Below are positions 25,501-40,200 of a stretch of DNA of 64,000 bases, in pieces. The DNA comes from Paraspadella gotoi (taxonomy: Eukaryota; Animalia; Chaetognatha), in NCBI GenBank assembly GCA_051294375.1, contig JBJCIZ010000239.1:5785074-5849073 (forward strand). The letters are read 5' to 3'. Each line of letters begins with the position of its first letter. The stretch's first letter is position 1. The translations under genes and the position numbers were made by a program. A model generated the notes under the pieces. The model saw nothing but the letters and a program-made list of their open reading frames with translations, was not told the origin of the DNA and made no database searches.

Positions 25501-25904
25501 NNNNNNNNNNNNNNNNNNNNNNNNNNNNNNNNNNNNNNNNNNNNNNNNNNNNNNNNNNNNNNNNNNNNNNNNNNNNNNNNNNNNNNNNNNNNNNNNNNNN
25601 NNNNNNNNNNNNNNNNNNNNNNNNNNNNNNNNNNNNNNNNNNNNNNNNNNNNNNNNNNNNNNNNNNNNNNNNNNNNNNNNNNNNNNNNNNNNNNNNNNNN
25701 NNNNNNNNNNNNNNNNNNNNNNNNNNNNNNNNNNNNNNNNNNNNNNNNNNNNNNNNNNNNNNNNNNNNNNNNNNNNNNNNNNNNNNNNNNNNNNNNNNNN
25801 NNNNNNNNNNNNNNNNNNNNNNNAGGAGAGATATATGATCAAGAGGATTGTATATTTAAACAAATTGAGTATCCGAAAAAAGGAAAAATAAAATAGTGCT
25901 CATC

Positions 25905-28180
25905 GACTTGTTTATGTTCCGGTCCGAAAATGGATCCTTGTCCAAGTTTACCAAACTTTGACTCTCAAAAACTTCGTTGCGGCGCATTTTCTTTATGGAT
26001 CTTTTTTTCCTAGTGATCGTTGAAAAGTCTTTGGAGCAGGCAGACTGAGTATCTGAAAGAAGTTTGTGAACATGTTTCTCATCTATGTCTCTTTGTCTCT
26101 TCTTTGTCTCTGTCCTCTCTTACTTCTTATTCTCTTTTTTTTTCTTTATGCTTCTTTCTTTCTTTTTTTCTTCTTCTTTCTTTCTTTCTTTCTTTTTACC
26201 ATCTTAATACTTATATTAACTTCTTTCTTTTTATTATGGTTTTCTTTTATCCTTTCCTTGTCTATTCTATGGTTTCTTTCCTTGTTCTTTTCTCTGTTTT
26301 CCTTTTTCTTTTTTCTTTAACTTTCTCGTACCTGTCTCGTCCTCTGCATCTCCTCACTCATGCTCATCTCTCTCTCGTCCTCTCGTCTCTCTCGTCCCCT
26401 CTCTCTCTCTCTCTCTCTTTCGCAGTCTCTTCCATTTCTTAAAAACCCCTTTACCCTGACGAGAAAGTCAGAGTATGCCACCTTGTTGGGCAGACCCAGC
26501 TGGCAGATCCTGATCCCTTCCAAGACTCCGTTGCAGGTGAGTTGATGCATGATGAGCGGCGCGTCGCTGAATCCAGACTTTTTCATTTCGTTGGGGATGA
26601 TGCATCTGAGTTGAGAAGAACGAGTTAGATGGAAAGAAATCAATCAATCAATCAATCAATTCGTCCATTAATCAAAGACCAACCAATCATTGAAGGAAAA
26701 ATCAAAATGAACAATGAACAATATATATTTAAATATAACTTTGGTCCTACCAATTTCATAAAAGAATTTGTAATAAATAATTTTAATTCAGACATTCAAC
26801 AATCGACCGAATACCAAATAAGTAAATATATTTGTCAATCACTCTATCTATCAATCAATCAATCAATCAATCAATCTCAGCCACCTCACAAAATGAGGAT
26901 GAGTCGAATGCAGATTGGCCATGAGTTTGAGAAGGGATTCCCTGTGTCCCGCGGAAATCGTCATGAGAGCGGAACCTTGGATTGAGAGAAATGGGAAATC
27001 AGGAGGAAAAGGGAAAGAATGAGGGCTTTCTTTTCCGAGAGTGTCCTATTTTCGTATATTTATCTCCAAATATAATTATGATATTTAACCTAAATGTCTT
27101 TTTAAACGTAAGAACCAATTCTTAACTCTATTCACTAAACCAGATCCCTAACTAATTCTAGCTCTTACCACTAATTTTTTACCATAACCTCTAACCCTAA
27201 TTATAAACCAAATCCCGAACCCTTATCCCTAACCCTAACCTTTAACTTAATTTTTAAGTAAAAAAAATTAACCTAATTCCGAATATAAGACAAAACGGGT
27301 CGTTCTGGGAAAATAAGGCCAAACTTTTTTTTCCAGGCTTCTACTTTCTCCCTCTTTCCCACCCTTCTTCTCCTCTCCCTCTTCCCTTTCCACCCTCTTT
27401 CCTACCCTTCTTCTCCTCTCCTTCCCTTCCTTCCCTTTTCGTTCCCAACTTCCTCCCTTCCTACCCTTCTTCTCCACTCCCTTCTTGCTCCACTCTCCCT
27501 CCCTTCCTCCTCTTCTCCCCTCCTCCCCCAATTCCTCCCTTCCTCCCCCACTTCCTCCCTACCTACCCTTCTTCTTCTCTCCTCCGTCTTTGTCCTGAAA
27601 GACTCTGTTGACGACAACGTTGGTCGCTTCTTGCATCATGGTCACCACGGCGTCGTTGACGGGATCCTGGAAGAGGGAGGGTAGCGTGTGATTATGGGGC
27701 GTGGAAGGACAAATTTTAAAAATCGTTGGAAGTAATTAATAAAAACAATCGTTAAAAAATATTTTAAGTAAATAGTCAAAAAATAATATCGACAAGATTA
27801 AAAGCTACTTAATCCCTTTAACTTAATTTTACCCTAAATATTTAACCCTTATCTGTAACAGAACCTGTACCACAATAACTAACTTTAAACCCTAACCTAA
27901 TCCCTAACCTAATCCGTAACCGTAATTCTCAATACTAACCCCAAACTCCTAACATTTAGCTTAAACCTAAACCTTAAACCCTAAACCCTAAGCCCCAAAC
28001 CCAAACCCTAAACCCCAAACCCAAACCCCTAATTCTAATCCATAACAATGTCTTATACTAATCTTTAACCGTAATATTAACCTAATATTTAGACCTCTCT
28101 CTCTCTCTCTCTCTCTCATATTTTTGAGCATTACAAATCAAATAAAATATCTCTCTATCTCTCTCTCTTTCTGTTTCTCT

Positions 28181-28237
<57 letters not shown>

Positions 28238-31200
28238 TCTCTCTCTCTCTTTCTCACACCTCACCTTGTTTTTAAACAGCCAGCCGGTCACGTTGTACCC
28301 AACGACCCCGGCGTAGTGGCTGAGCTCGAAGTGCGCCTCGGGCTGACCCTTCTTAGCCGGCTTGGGCTTGGAGAACTTCTCGTGCTTGCCCAGGTGCTTG
28401 CCGAGGAGCTTCTCCAGGAAGGTCTTGTCAGTGGCCTTGGGAACGATGCACTCTTCCTCCAGGATGGCGAGGATGCCCATCTTCTTCTCAATTAGCTCGA
28501 TGGTGGCTGCATGGATTGGTTGTTTGTTATCGTTTCGAGTTTTTAGTTTAGTTTAGTTTGTTTTATTTCGTTTTGTTTTGTTTTTGTTTGGAATTTTTGT
28601 GAGAATGTGAAGCGAAACGAATTGTGGGTAGAAAATGGGGATTATGAAAGCAAAATAAATAAATAAATCAATTACTCAATCAGGCGATCAATCAGTCAAT
28701 AAACCAACAAAATCAATCAATCAAATCAATCAATCACCCGCCAAGTCCATCCCGAAGTCGATAAAATTCCATTTGATTCCCTCCTGCTTGTACTCCTCTT
28801 GCTCCTGGACGAACATGTGATGGTTGAAGAACTGCTGGAGTCGCTCGTTGGTGTAGTTGATGAGGAGTTGCTCCAGCACGTTGAGCTCGAAGATTTCGAA
28901 ACCTTGAAGGGGACCGTTATTTTGGGATGTGGTCTAGCGAACTAGCGGAAGTCCAGTATAGTGTTTTTAATAAAGATCATACAAATTAAAAAAAAGATAT
29001 TGGAAGACATTTTAAATAATACGATTACTATATAATATCTTTTTTTTATTGTAATTTTGTTTTCATCTGATTTTGAATGAGCTCAAAAAGGTTATTGTTA
29101 GAACTTCTGTGCGAGTAATAATTAGCAAAAANNNNNNNNNNNNNNNNNNNNNNNNNNNNNNNNNNNNNNNNNNNNNNNNNNNNNNNNNNNNNNNNNNNNN
29201 NNNNNNNNNNNNNNNNNNNNNNNNNNNNNNNNNNNNNNNNNNNNNNNNNNNNNNNNNNNNNNNNNNNNNNNNNNNNNNNNNNNNNNNNNNNNNNNNNNNN
29301 NNNNNNNNNNNNNNNNNNNNNNNNNNNNNNNNNNNNNNNNNNNNNNNNNNNNNNNNNNNNNNNNNNNNNNNNNNNNNNNNNNNNNNNNNNNNNNNNNNNN
29401 NNNNNNNNNNNNNNNNNNNNNNNNNNNNNNNNNNNNNNNNNNNNNNNNNNNNNNNNNNNNNNNNNNNNNNNNNNNNNNNNNNNNNNNNNNNNNNNNNNNN
29501 NNNNNNNNNNNNNNNNNNNNNNNNNNNNNNNNNNNNNNNNNNNNNNNNNNNNNNNNNNNNNNNNNNNNNNNNNNNNNNNNNNNNNNNNNNNNNNNNNNNN
29601 NNNNNNNNNNNNNNNNNNNNNNNNNNNNNNNNNNNNNNNNNNNNNNNNNNNNNNNNNNNNNNNNNNNNNNNNNNNNNNNNNNNNNNNNNNNNNNNNNNNN
29701 NNNNNNNNNNNNNNNNNNNNNNNNNNNNNNNNNNNNNNNNNNNNNNNNNNNNNNNNNNNNNNNNNNNNNNNNNNNNNNNNNNNNNNNNNNNNNNNNNNNN
29801 NNNNNNNNNNNNNNNNNNNNNNNNNNNNNNNNNNNNNNNNNNNNNNNNNNNNNNNNNNNNNNNNNNNNNNNNNNNNNNNNNNNNNNNNNNNNNNNNNNNN
29901 NNNNNNNNNNNNNNNNNNNNNNNNNNNNNNNNNNNNNNNNNNNNNNNNNNNNNNNNNNNNNNNNNNNNNNNNNNNNNNNNNNNNNNNNNNNNNNNNNNNN
30001 NNNNNNNNNNNCGTCCGGCTCAGCCTGCTCCTCGCGGCCCTGAGGTTCCAACGATCGGTAAATCAATTTTAATGAATCAATAAATAAATCAATAATTAAG
30101 TCAAATTAATAATTAAGAATTAAGTCAAATCAATAAAACGACGAATTACTAAATCGATCGATCAACGGCCCTTCCCCTCCCTTCCCCTCTCTTCCCCTCC
30201 CTCTCCCCTCCAGCTTTTCCCTCCTCCCTCCCTCACTCCCTTCCATACCTTCGCCCCCTCCAAAAGCGGTACAGTTCATCCGCATCCACTTTCACGGCCC
30301 GAACCAACAAGATTCGCCGCCCCGCCGACATCGAGACTTACCTGCTGGAAGAAATCCGGCATCACTTCCAGCTGCCGGGAGTGGGGATTTTTTTTTCCGG
30401 GGGAGACTACACATGTCTTCCTATTTCCAGATCATGAGTCCTCGATTTTCCGATTATCACACGAGCGCAATTCTTTAGGGGTTCGACCGGATCCCGGAGA
30501 TTCTACTTTCTCGGTGGGTGCCGCACAAGGGGAGTTTTTTGGACGTGCAAAGGGTTAGGACCGACGACGAGGATTGAAGAGTGGGCCTTTTTTTTTTAGT
30601 CATTCGCGCGGTCGCAGTTATGTCGTTCGTCAGGTCACCTGCTTCCCACTTACGTATAGATCTAGTTAGGTGTGTGGCGGTGATATTCGCACCGACCGTA
30701 TGTCCACGTCCTACAGCAATACCATTGACTAAGGGGCGAACACACCATCCAAGGGGCGTAGTGTTCCATCCACAGTCCTCAACGACTTCCCTCTTGCGTT
30801 TGCAAAGCGAGACCGTCCAGAGGGTAACCGCGCCGAAGTGACTGGACGGCGTCAATTGGGTCGGAAACCCCCAAGACAACAGTGAGAATGACCTACCCAT
30901 TCAATGAGGCACCAAGAGCAACCCGGGCTGTCTGCATAGAATGTCATTTTTTGAGACAAGAACTAAACCTCAAATCTAGCGAGCCATTCACCGGCAAAAC
31001 TCATAAAACTAATACAAGAATAAAAAGACGGAATCTCCCGCGCTTGCAGTTCGGCGTAATGTATAACGGTTAAGCAGACAAGGTCACTGCGCTGGCCAAC
31101 ACATTGGATGAAACCAATCCTCTGCTATTTTACCGGCGACATTCCTGCTTCTGGGTGTCTCTCTAAAACTATAGATATATGCGTCTCCATTAAATACTCT

Positions 31201-34200
31201 GTAATCATATTAGATTTTCCAATTATGTTAATTTCTCGTGTTAGACGTGTACCACTCTTTTACCTTTCGCTATTGGGTTGTCTAATCACCTACGTGTATA
31301 TTAATGCCATTAAGCGCAGCGAAGTACTCGCGTGAGGCAAACTGGGAACTAAGAACAGCACTTTTTTGCGTTAAGGTCAGGGCTCCTGTCTGTTCGCGTC
31401 TTGCTTCAATTGCTCACCAACTTATGTTTTAACTGCTTTTACACTTGAGTAAACGCTGCAATATATTAGTCCTATAATTTATGGTGGAACGGGAGGGGAG
31501 AACTAGTAGGAGCAGATCAGATAAGGCGGCCCGAATCACCTGGACGGAGGATTGAAGATTGAAAGAGGAAAGGTAGGAAATCGAGAAAGGAGAGGAGGTA
31601 ATAGACCCGCCGATCGGTCCTATTCCTTCTCCTTACTGACAATACCTTTTAATTGTGAATTACCTATATGCTTGCTAACGATAAAGTATCCACCAAAAAA
31701 ATGTTTCAATTTGCATTAATTTCACATTAAACAATAAAAATATTTTAGTATACGTAATGGTTAAATTGTAATTAGTTTTTTTTGACATCCTACCTGCTCT
31801 GTCACGTTGACCCACGCAGAATACAAGCTCACTTTTTGGATCAGCAAAGTCAAATGCGGGCAAAATTTTCGTCATATATTTTGTTTTTGCTGTTTTATAT
31901 TCACTTCGTAATTATCTGTTACGTGAAACCAAGGAAAGACGCACGCGATACCGAAAGCCGCCTGGCACACCGCAACACATCGAATTTCCGTTCATTGTTA
32001 AATGAACTTTCAAACAAATTGGTCATATGAACAATAGGGTCGCAAGTGAAAGGTTCAAATCAAAATTTAGCCGAAGTATATAATTGAAAACTATACATAT
32101 CTAGTGCTCAATACTTAATCTTTAAATAATTTTTCTTTTTTTACAAATAATAGTTCAACAATTATCAAAATTTTAAAAATCTTTTTTTGCTACAATTACT
32201 CGCGAGAAACAGATTGCAGATTCCTTGTTAAAAAGAAAATATAAATCTTTTTCAACAAATTATGGTATTAAGTAGGCTTAAAAATTACTCAAACAAACTT
32301 ATTTTACAGCCTACAAAATTTGAAAAATAGGCATAACTTAATTACAATTTTTTACATTATCTATAACCAAAAACTTTAATGAAAGATTTTTAAAAAAGAA
32401 TTATACTTTCACATTTTAACTTTTTGCCAAGGAATCCAAATCCGATCTTAAAATTTAAAAGACATTCTGCATTTTTAAAAATTCACCAGCTTATAATCAC
32501 AACTTATTACCATATAATAAATATAGCTCAGCTGGTAGGCCGACTCAATGATTATAAACCAATTATAAACACAATAAATTTTACCAAATATTTTTATATT
32601 GCGTTTTTATTCTTATTTTATACGCTAATTTTACAATTTTGTTTAAAAACTTTTTTATCATTTCGCACCACTTAATGAAGGATTCTTCAACAACTCGCAG
32701 CGCGGACGAGCGCCCTCGACGTTCTATGGGATTCACAGGACCGAGACAAGGTACGGCCTCTTCAAACGGGAACCGTCTCCCTACTGCTTCTGAGGCAACA
32801 GCCATTGGAAAAACAGAAAGGTGGACGAGATGAGATTGCACTTTGATTGTTGATTCAGCATTAGAAATTGCTTGCGATTGATTTACACCCTGATTGTTCG
32901 CAAATGATCGTTTGCACTTATGTGCTGTGATTGCATATCGATTGATTGAATGCACTGATTGTTGCTTGACTGACATTGAAAATGACTGCGCTTTGCATTG
33001 ATTTGCCTTTGATTGCATTAGATTGATTGATATGCAGCTACGATTATGTATGCTGCATGACTGACTTGCATTGAATGGACATTACGGGCCTTGAATGATT
33101 GCAATTGACTGCATAGGCATTGATTGGATTAGCAGTTGACATTATATGATTTTTATTTTTGGAATTGACAGAACTTATTGAATTTAATTCATCAAGTATA
33201 TTTTCATGGATTGATATTCGATTTGATCCAGTGATTNNNNNNNNNNNNNNNNNNNNNNNNNTCAATCAGTGAAATAACTGATGAATAAATCAATAAATCT
33301 GTCAATTCAAAAAAAAAATCAATAAGTCAATGCAATCCATCAATGTAATCAGTCAATGCAATCATTCAACGTAATCCATCAATGCAATCAGTCAATGCAA
33401 CAATCAGTGCATTCAATCAATCAATGCAATCAAGCAATCAATGCAAACGATCAATGCAATCAGTCAATGCAACAATCAGTGCATTCAATCAATCAATGCA
33501 ATCAAGCAATCAATGCAAACGATCAATGCAACAATCAGTGAAATCAATGCAATCAATCAATGCAATCAAACAATCAATGCAATCCATCTCGTCCACCTTC
33601 TGTTTCCACTTGGCGTTGCCCAGAAAGCAGAGCCCTTCCCCTCCCTTCCCCTCTCTTCCCCTCCCTCTCCCCTCCAGCTTTTCCCTCCTCCCTCCCTCAC
33701 TCCCTTCCATACCTTCGCCCCCTCCAAAAGCGGTACAGTTCATCCGCATCCACTTTCACGGCCCGAACCAACAAGATTCGCCGCCCCGCCGACATCGAGA
33801 CTTACCTGCTGGAAGAAATCCGGCATCACTTCCAGCTGCCGGGAGTGGGGATTTTTTTTTCCGGGGGAGACTACACATGTCTTCCTATTTCCAGATCATG
33901 AGTCCTCGATTTTCCGATTATCACACGAGCGCAATTCTTTAGGGGTTCGACCGGATCCCGGAGATTCTACTTTCTCGGTGGGTGCCGCACAAGGGGAGTT
34001 TTTTGGACGTGCAAAGGGTTAGGACCGACGACGAGGATTGAAGAGTGGGCCTTTTTTTTTTAGTCATTCGCGCGGTCGCAGTTATGTCGTTCGTCAGGTC
34101 ACCTGCTTCCCACTTACGTATAGATCTAGTTAGGTGTGTGGCGGTGATATTCGCACCGACCGTATGTCCACGTCCTACAGCAATACCATTGACTAAGGGG

Positions 34201-37200
34201 CGAACACACCATCCAAGGGGCGTAGTGTTCCATCCACAGTCCTCAACGACTTCCCTCTTGCGTTTGCAAAGCGAGACCGTCCAGAGGGTAACCGCGCCGA
34301 AGTGACTGGACGGCGTCAATTGGGTCGGAAACCCCCAAGACAACAGTGAGAATGACCTACCCATTCAATGAGGCACCAAGAGCAACCCGGGCTGTCTGCA
34401 TAGAATGTCATTTTTTGAGACAAGAACTAAACCTCAAATCTAGCGAGCCATTCACCGGCAAAACTCATAAAACTAATACAAGAATAAAAAGACGGAATCT
34501 CCCGCGCTTGCAGTTCGGCGTAATGTATAACGGTTAAGCAGACAAGGTCACTGCGCTGGCCAACACATTGGATGAAACCAATCCTCTGCTATTTTACCGG
34601 CGACATTCCTGCTTCTGGGTGTCTCTCTAAAACTATAGATATATGCGTCTCCATTAAATACTCTGTAATCATATTAGATTTTCCAATTATGTTAATTTCT
34701 CGTGTTAGACGTGTACCACTCTTTTACCTTTCGCTATTGGGTTGTCTAATCACCTACGTGTATATTAATGCCATTAAGCGCAGCGAAGTACTCGCGTGAG
34801 GCAAACTGGGAACTAAGAACAGCACTTTTTTGCGTTAAGGTCAGGGCTCCTGTCTGTTCGCGTCTTGCTTCAATTGCTCACCAACTTATGTTTTAACTGC
34901 TTTTACACTTGAGTAAACGCTGCAATATATTAGTCCTATAATTTATGGTGGAACGGGAGGGGAGAACTAGTAGGAGCAGATCAGATAAGGCGGCCCGAAT
35001 CACCTGGACGGAGGATTGAAGATTGAAAGAGGAAAGGTAGGAAATCGAGAAAGGAGAGGAGGTAATAGACCCGCCGATCGGTCCTATTCCTTCTCCTTAC
35101 TGACAATACCTTTTAATTGTGAATTACCTATATGCTTGCTAACGATAAAGTATCCACCAAAAAAATGTTTCAATTTGCATTAATTTCACATTAAACAATA
35201 AAAATATTTTAGTATACGTAATGGTTAAATTGTAATTAGTTTTTTTTGACATCCTACCTGCTCTGTCACGTTGACCCACGCAGAATACAAGCTCACTTTT
35301 TGGATCAGCAAAGTCAAATGCGGGCAAAATTTTCGTCATATATTTTGTTTTTGCTGTTTTATATTCACTTCGTAATTATCTGTTACGTGAAACCAAGGAA
35401 AGACGCACGCGATACCGAAAGCCGCCTGGCACACCGCAACACATCGAATTTCCGTTCATTGTTAAATGAACTTTCAAACAAATTGGTCATATGAACAATA
35501 GGGTCGCAAGTGAAAGGTTCAAATCAAAATTTAGCCGAAGTATATAATTGAAAACTATACATATCTAGTGCTCAATACTTAATCTTTAAATAATTTTTCT
35601 TTTTTTACAAATAATAGTTCAACAATTATCAAAATTTTAAAAATCTTTTTTTGCTACAATTACTCGCGAGAAACAGATTGCAGATTCCTTGTTAAAAAGA
35701 AAATATAAATCTTTTTCAACAAATTATGGTATTAAGTAGGCTTAAAAATTACTCAAACAAACTTATTTTACAGCCTACAAAATTTGAAAAATAGGCATAA
35801 CTTAATTACAATTTTTTACATTATCTATAACCAAAAACTTTAATGAAAGATTTTTAAAAAAGAATTATACTTTCACATTTTAACTTTTTGCCAAGGAATC
35901 CAAATCCGATCTTAAAATTTAAAAGACATTCTGCATTTTTAAAAATTCACCAGCTTATAATCACAACTTATTACCATATAATAAATATAGCTCAGCTGGT
36001 AGGCCGACTCAATGATTATAAACCAATTATAAACACAATAAATTTTACCAAATATTTTTATATTGCGTTTTTATTCTTATTTTATACGCTAATTTTACAA
36101 TTTTGTTTAAAAACTTTTTTATCATTTCGCACCACTTAATGAAGGATTCTTCAACAACTCGCAGCGCGGACGAGCGCCCTCGACGTTCTATGGGATTCAC
36201 AGGACCGAGACAAGGTACGGCCTCTTCAAACGGGAACCGTCTCCCTANNNNNNNNNNNNNNNNNNNNNNNNNAGTTTAAAGAATCCTTCATTAGAGTGGT
36301 GCGAAAATGATAAAAATTTTTAAAAAATTTAAAATTTAGCGTATAAAATATGAGAATAAAAACCAATATAAAAATATTTTGGTAAATTTATTTTTTTAAA
36401 TTTTATACATTAGTGGCTACCAGTGAGCTATATTTATATATGGTAATAAGTATATTATAAGCTGAAAATTTTAAAAATGCAAATTTTTTAAATTTTANNN
36501 NNNNNNNAAATATGAGAATAAAAACCGATAAAAATATTTTGGTAAATTTATTTTTTTAATTTTATACGTTAGTGGCTACCAGTAAGCTATATTGTAATAA
36601 GTATATGGTAATAAGTATATTATAAGCTAAAATTTGAAAATGCAATTTTTTAAATTTTAAGAACGGATTTGGATTCCTTGCAAAAAGTTAATATAAGAAA
36701 GTATAATTCGTTTTTAAAAATTCTTTCATTAAGTTGGTTAAAAATGTAAAAAATTGTATTTAAGATGCCGATTTTCAATTTTGAACTTAAAAATATAGTT
36801 TTTTATAATTTTAACCTACTTAATGACATAATTTTTGAAAAAGATTTATATTTTCTTTTATCAACTTTTAACAAGGAATCTGAATCTGTTCTCAGAAATT
36901 ACCAAAAAATATTTTGAAATTTTGACATTTGTACTATATTTGTAAAAAAGAAAAATAATTAAAGATTAGTATTCACTAATATGATAGTTTTCAAGATATA
37001 TTTGCTAAATTTTGATTCCAACCTTTCACTTCACCCTATTGTTCATATGACAAATTTTTAAGTCATTTAACAAGAACGGAAATTCTGATGTGTTGCGCCG
37101 ATGCGCCTTTCGTATCGCGCGTCTTTCCTGGGTTTTCACGTAACAGAGTAATATACGAGTGAAGCTAAAACAGCTAAAATAACAAAATATTATACGAAAT

Positions 37201-40200
37201 TTGCCGCATTTACTTTGTGATCAAGTGATTGTATTTCTGCGTGGTCACGTGACTAGACAGGTAGGATGTAAAAAAACTAATTACAATTTACCAGTTATTA
37301 ACTAAAATTATTTTATTTTTTATGAATAATGCCAAATTAAATTTTTTTGGTGATATTATCGTTAGCAAGCATATTAGTAAGCACATTAAAAGTATTGTCA
37401 GTATAAAAGGAGATAGACCGACGCGGGTCTATTACCCCTCTCCTTCTCATTCACCTCCTCTTCAAATCTTCATCCTCCTCCCAGGGATTCGGGGCCGCCT
37501 TTCTCTATCTTCTCCTACTAGTTTCTCCCCTCCCTTCCAACCAAAATAAGGACTAAATAGATGCACGTTTACCAAAGTTAAAAGCAGTTAAAACATAAGT
37601 GGAACAGATTAACAGACCAACAGACAGACCGACCAACCAAAAAGTGTCTTATCCAGTTGCTCCGCGAGTACTCGCGGCGCTACTAATAATTACACGGGTA
37701 TATGCAACCCATGCGAAATAAAAATGCTACATCTACCGAATATTAACATAATTGGAATCAATATATTACAATAATTAATGAGCATATATTCTAATATTTT
37801 AGAGAGACACGCAGAACAGGAGGTCCCGTAAAAACAAGATCGGTTCATCCAATGTGTTGCCCCGCAGTGACCTTTCTTAACCCGTATGAAACGCACTGCA
37901 TCGGAATTCCGTCTTTTATTCTTTATAGTTTTATGATTTCCTGAAGGCGTCGCTAGATTTGAGGTTTATTCTTGTCTCAACAAATGAGCAACTATTGCAA
38001 CAGCCGGGTTGCCTGTGGTGCCCATTGGAATGGGGCATCTCACTGTTGGCTTTGGGGGTTTCCGACCCTAAGTGACGCCTCCAGTCACTGGCGCGGTTAC
38101 CCTCGGACGGTCTCGCTTTGCCAACGCAGAGGGAAGTCGTTAGGACTGTGGATGGAACACTACGCCTTGGATGGTGTGTTCCCCCTCTGAGTCAATGGAT
38201 TTGGCTGTAGGACGGTGGACATGAGGCGGTGTGAATATACCGCCACACAACCAACTATATAAAACGTAAATGGGACAGACTGACGGACGGACATACCGAC
38301 CGGCCGAACTAAAAAAAAAAGCCACCTTCATCTCCTCGGCGTCGTCCATCCCTTGCACGGTCAAAACCCCTTGGGACACGAAGTAAAAATCTCCGGGATC
38401 CGGGTTCGAACCCAGAAGGAATCGCTCGTGATAATCGGAAAATCGAGGACTCATGATCTGATAGAAGACGTGGTAGTTTCTCTCGATCGCCAGCTGGAAG
38501 GTGATGCGGGATTTCTCCAGCAGGTAAGTCTCGATGTCGGCGGCGGCGATCTTGTTGTCGGGCCGAAGTGGATGCGGATGAACTTACCCTTTTGGAGGGG
38601 GGAAGGTAGGGAAGGGAGGGAGGGGAGGGGAAGGGAGGGAAATGGAGGGAGGGAGGGGAAGAGAGGGAAGGAGGGGAAGGGAGGGAATGGAGGGGAAGGA
38701 GAGGGAAGGGAGGGCGAAGGGAGGGTAAGGGAGCGGGAAGAGAGGGAAGCGTGGAGGGGAATGGAGGGAAGGGCAGGGGAAGGGAGGGGAAGGGAGGGTA
38801 GGGAGGGGAAAGAGGGGAAGGGAGGGAAATGGAGGGGAAGGGAGGGATAAGGAGGGGAATGCGGTGGAAGGGAGGGGAAGGGAGGGAAATGGAGGGAAGG
38901 GAGGAAGGGAAGGGAATGGGGAGGAAGGGAGGAAGGGAGGGGAATGGGGGGAAGGGAGGGATTGGTGGAGGGGAAGTGAGGGGAAGGGAGGGGAATGGGG
39001 GGAAGGGAGGATTGGGAGGGAAGGGAGGGGGAAGGGAGGGAAAGGAAGAGGAAGGGAGGGGAAGGGATGGGAAGGAGGAAATGGAGGGGAAGGGAGGGAA
39101 AGGGAGGGAAGAGAGGGGAAGGGAGGAAAGGGGGAAGGGAGGAAAGTGGAGGAGAAGGAAGGGAAAGGTGAGGGGAAGGGGAGGGGAATGGGGAGGGAGG
39201 GAAGGGATGGGGAAAGGAGAAGAAGGGAGGGGAGAGAGGGGCAAGGGAAGGAGAGGAGAGGAAGGGAGGGAAAGGGAAGGAGGGCGAGGAGGGAGAGGGA
39301 GGGGAAGGAAGGGAGAGGGAGGGGAATGGGGCGGAAGGAGGGTGCTTGCGTTGCAAACTTACACAAGTAAAACGTCCCTCGACAAACAATCAACAGTAAC
39401 ATTAACGAGAACAACCCAAAAAACAAAATCAACAACAACAACAACAAAAGACAAAAGACAAAAAACATCAACCACACTTTAAATTTAACCACAACAACGC
39501 CACCACAAACGCAACCAGAACCACAACAACAACAACAGACGACCACAACAACCAAATCAACAAAAAGAAAATCTATAAAAACCGCAACAACAACATCAAC
39601 AACAGCAACATCAGGACTCACGAATCTGCTGGAGTTGTTGTTCCTGACGGTCTTCGCGTTGCCGTAGGCCTCCAAGGGAGGATTTGCCTGGACGATCTGC
39701 TCCTCCAGAGATCCACCGCCTGCCGAAGCTTTGGACTTGACCGCCTGATTGAGGGATTGAGTTAATTGATTGAATGATTGATTGATCCAGCGTTTCTGCG
39801 ATTGGGTTGAGTCGATGGGATTGAGTTAGTTGATTGCTTGATTTCATTGCGTTGATTTGATTGCTTGATTTGATTGTTTAGTCGATTGATTGATTGATAC
39901 ATATTTGTCGAATTATTCTTTTTTGTTTGATCATATTTGCTAAACTATCTCGGTTGATTCGTTGATTTAAAAGTTTTGTTGTTTTTTTTTTCATTGGAAT
40001 ATATAGATTAATTCATTCATGAACTGATTGACTTAATAAATTGATTGATTGATTGTCTCACTTTGGGATCCGCGCNNNNNNNNNNCGAATGATTCTTTTT
40101 TGTTTGATAGAATTGATATTTGCTAAACTATCACGGTTGATTCGTTGATTTAAAAGTTTTGTTGTTGTTTTTTTTTCATTGGAATATATAGATTNNNNNN

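Noticed and set aside
24901-25896. ORFs spanning N runs (also at 1347, 21165, 29073, 40150)
   Set aside because: Open only because Ns contain no stop codons.
30475-30900. 141-aa ORF present twice
   Set aside because: It spans a noisy exon end and the solo LTR, and is not conserved in the cleaner copy at 37972-38454.
33262-33590. Gln/Ser/Asn-rich ORFs
   Set aside because: (TCAA)/(TGCAA) simple repeats typical of introns throughout the window.
30168-36247. Antisense or mutually exclusive duplicated myosin exons
   Set aside because: The two copies share identical indels, are inverted and abut N gaps, consistent with one noisy read inserted twice.
38309-39675. Long Pro-rich and Gly/Arg/Glu-rich ORFs (also 52531-53194)
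   Set aside because: By-products of a polypurine tract lacking stop codons, lying between phase-matched myosin exons.
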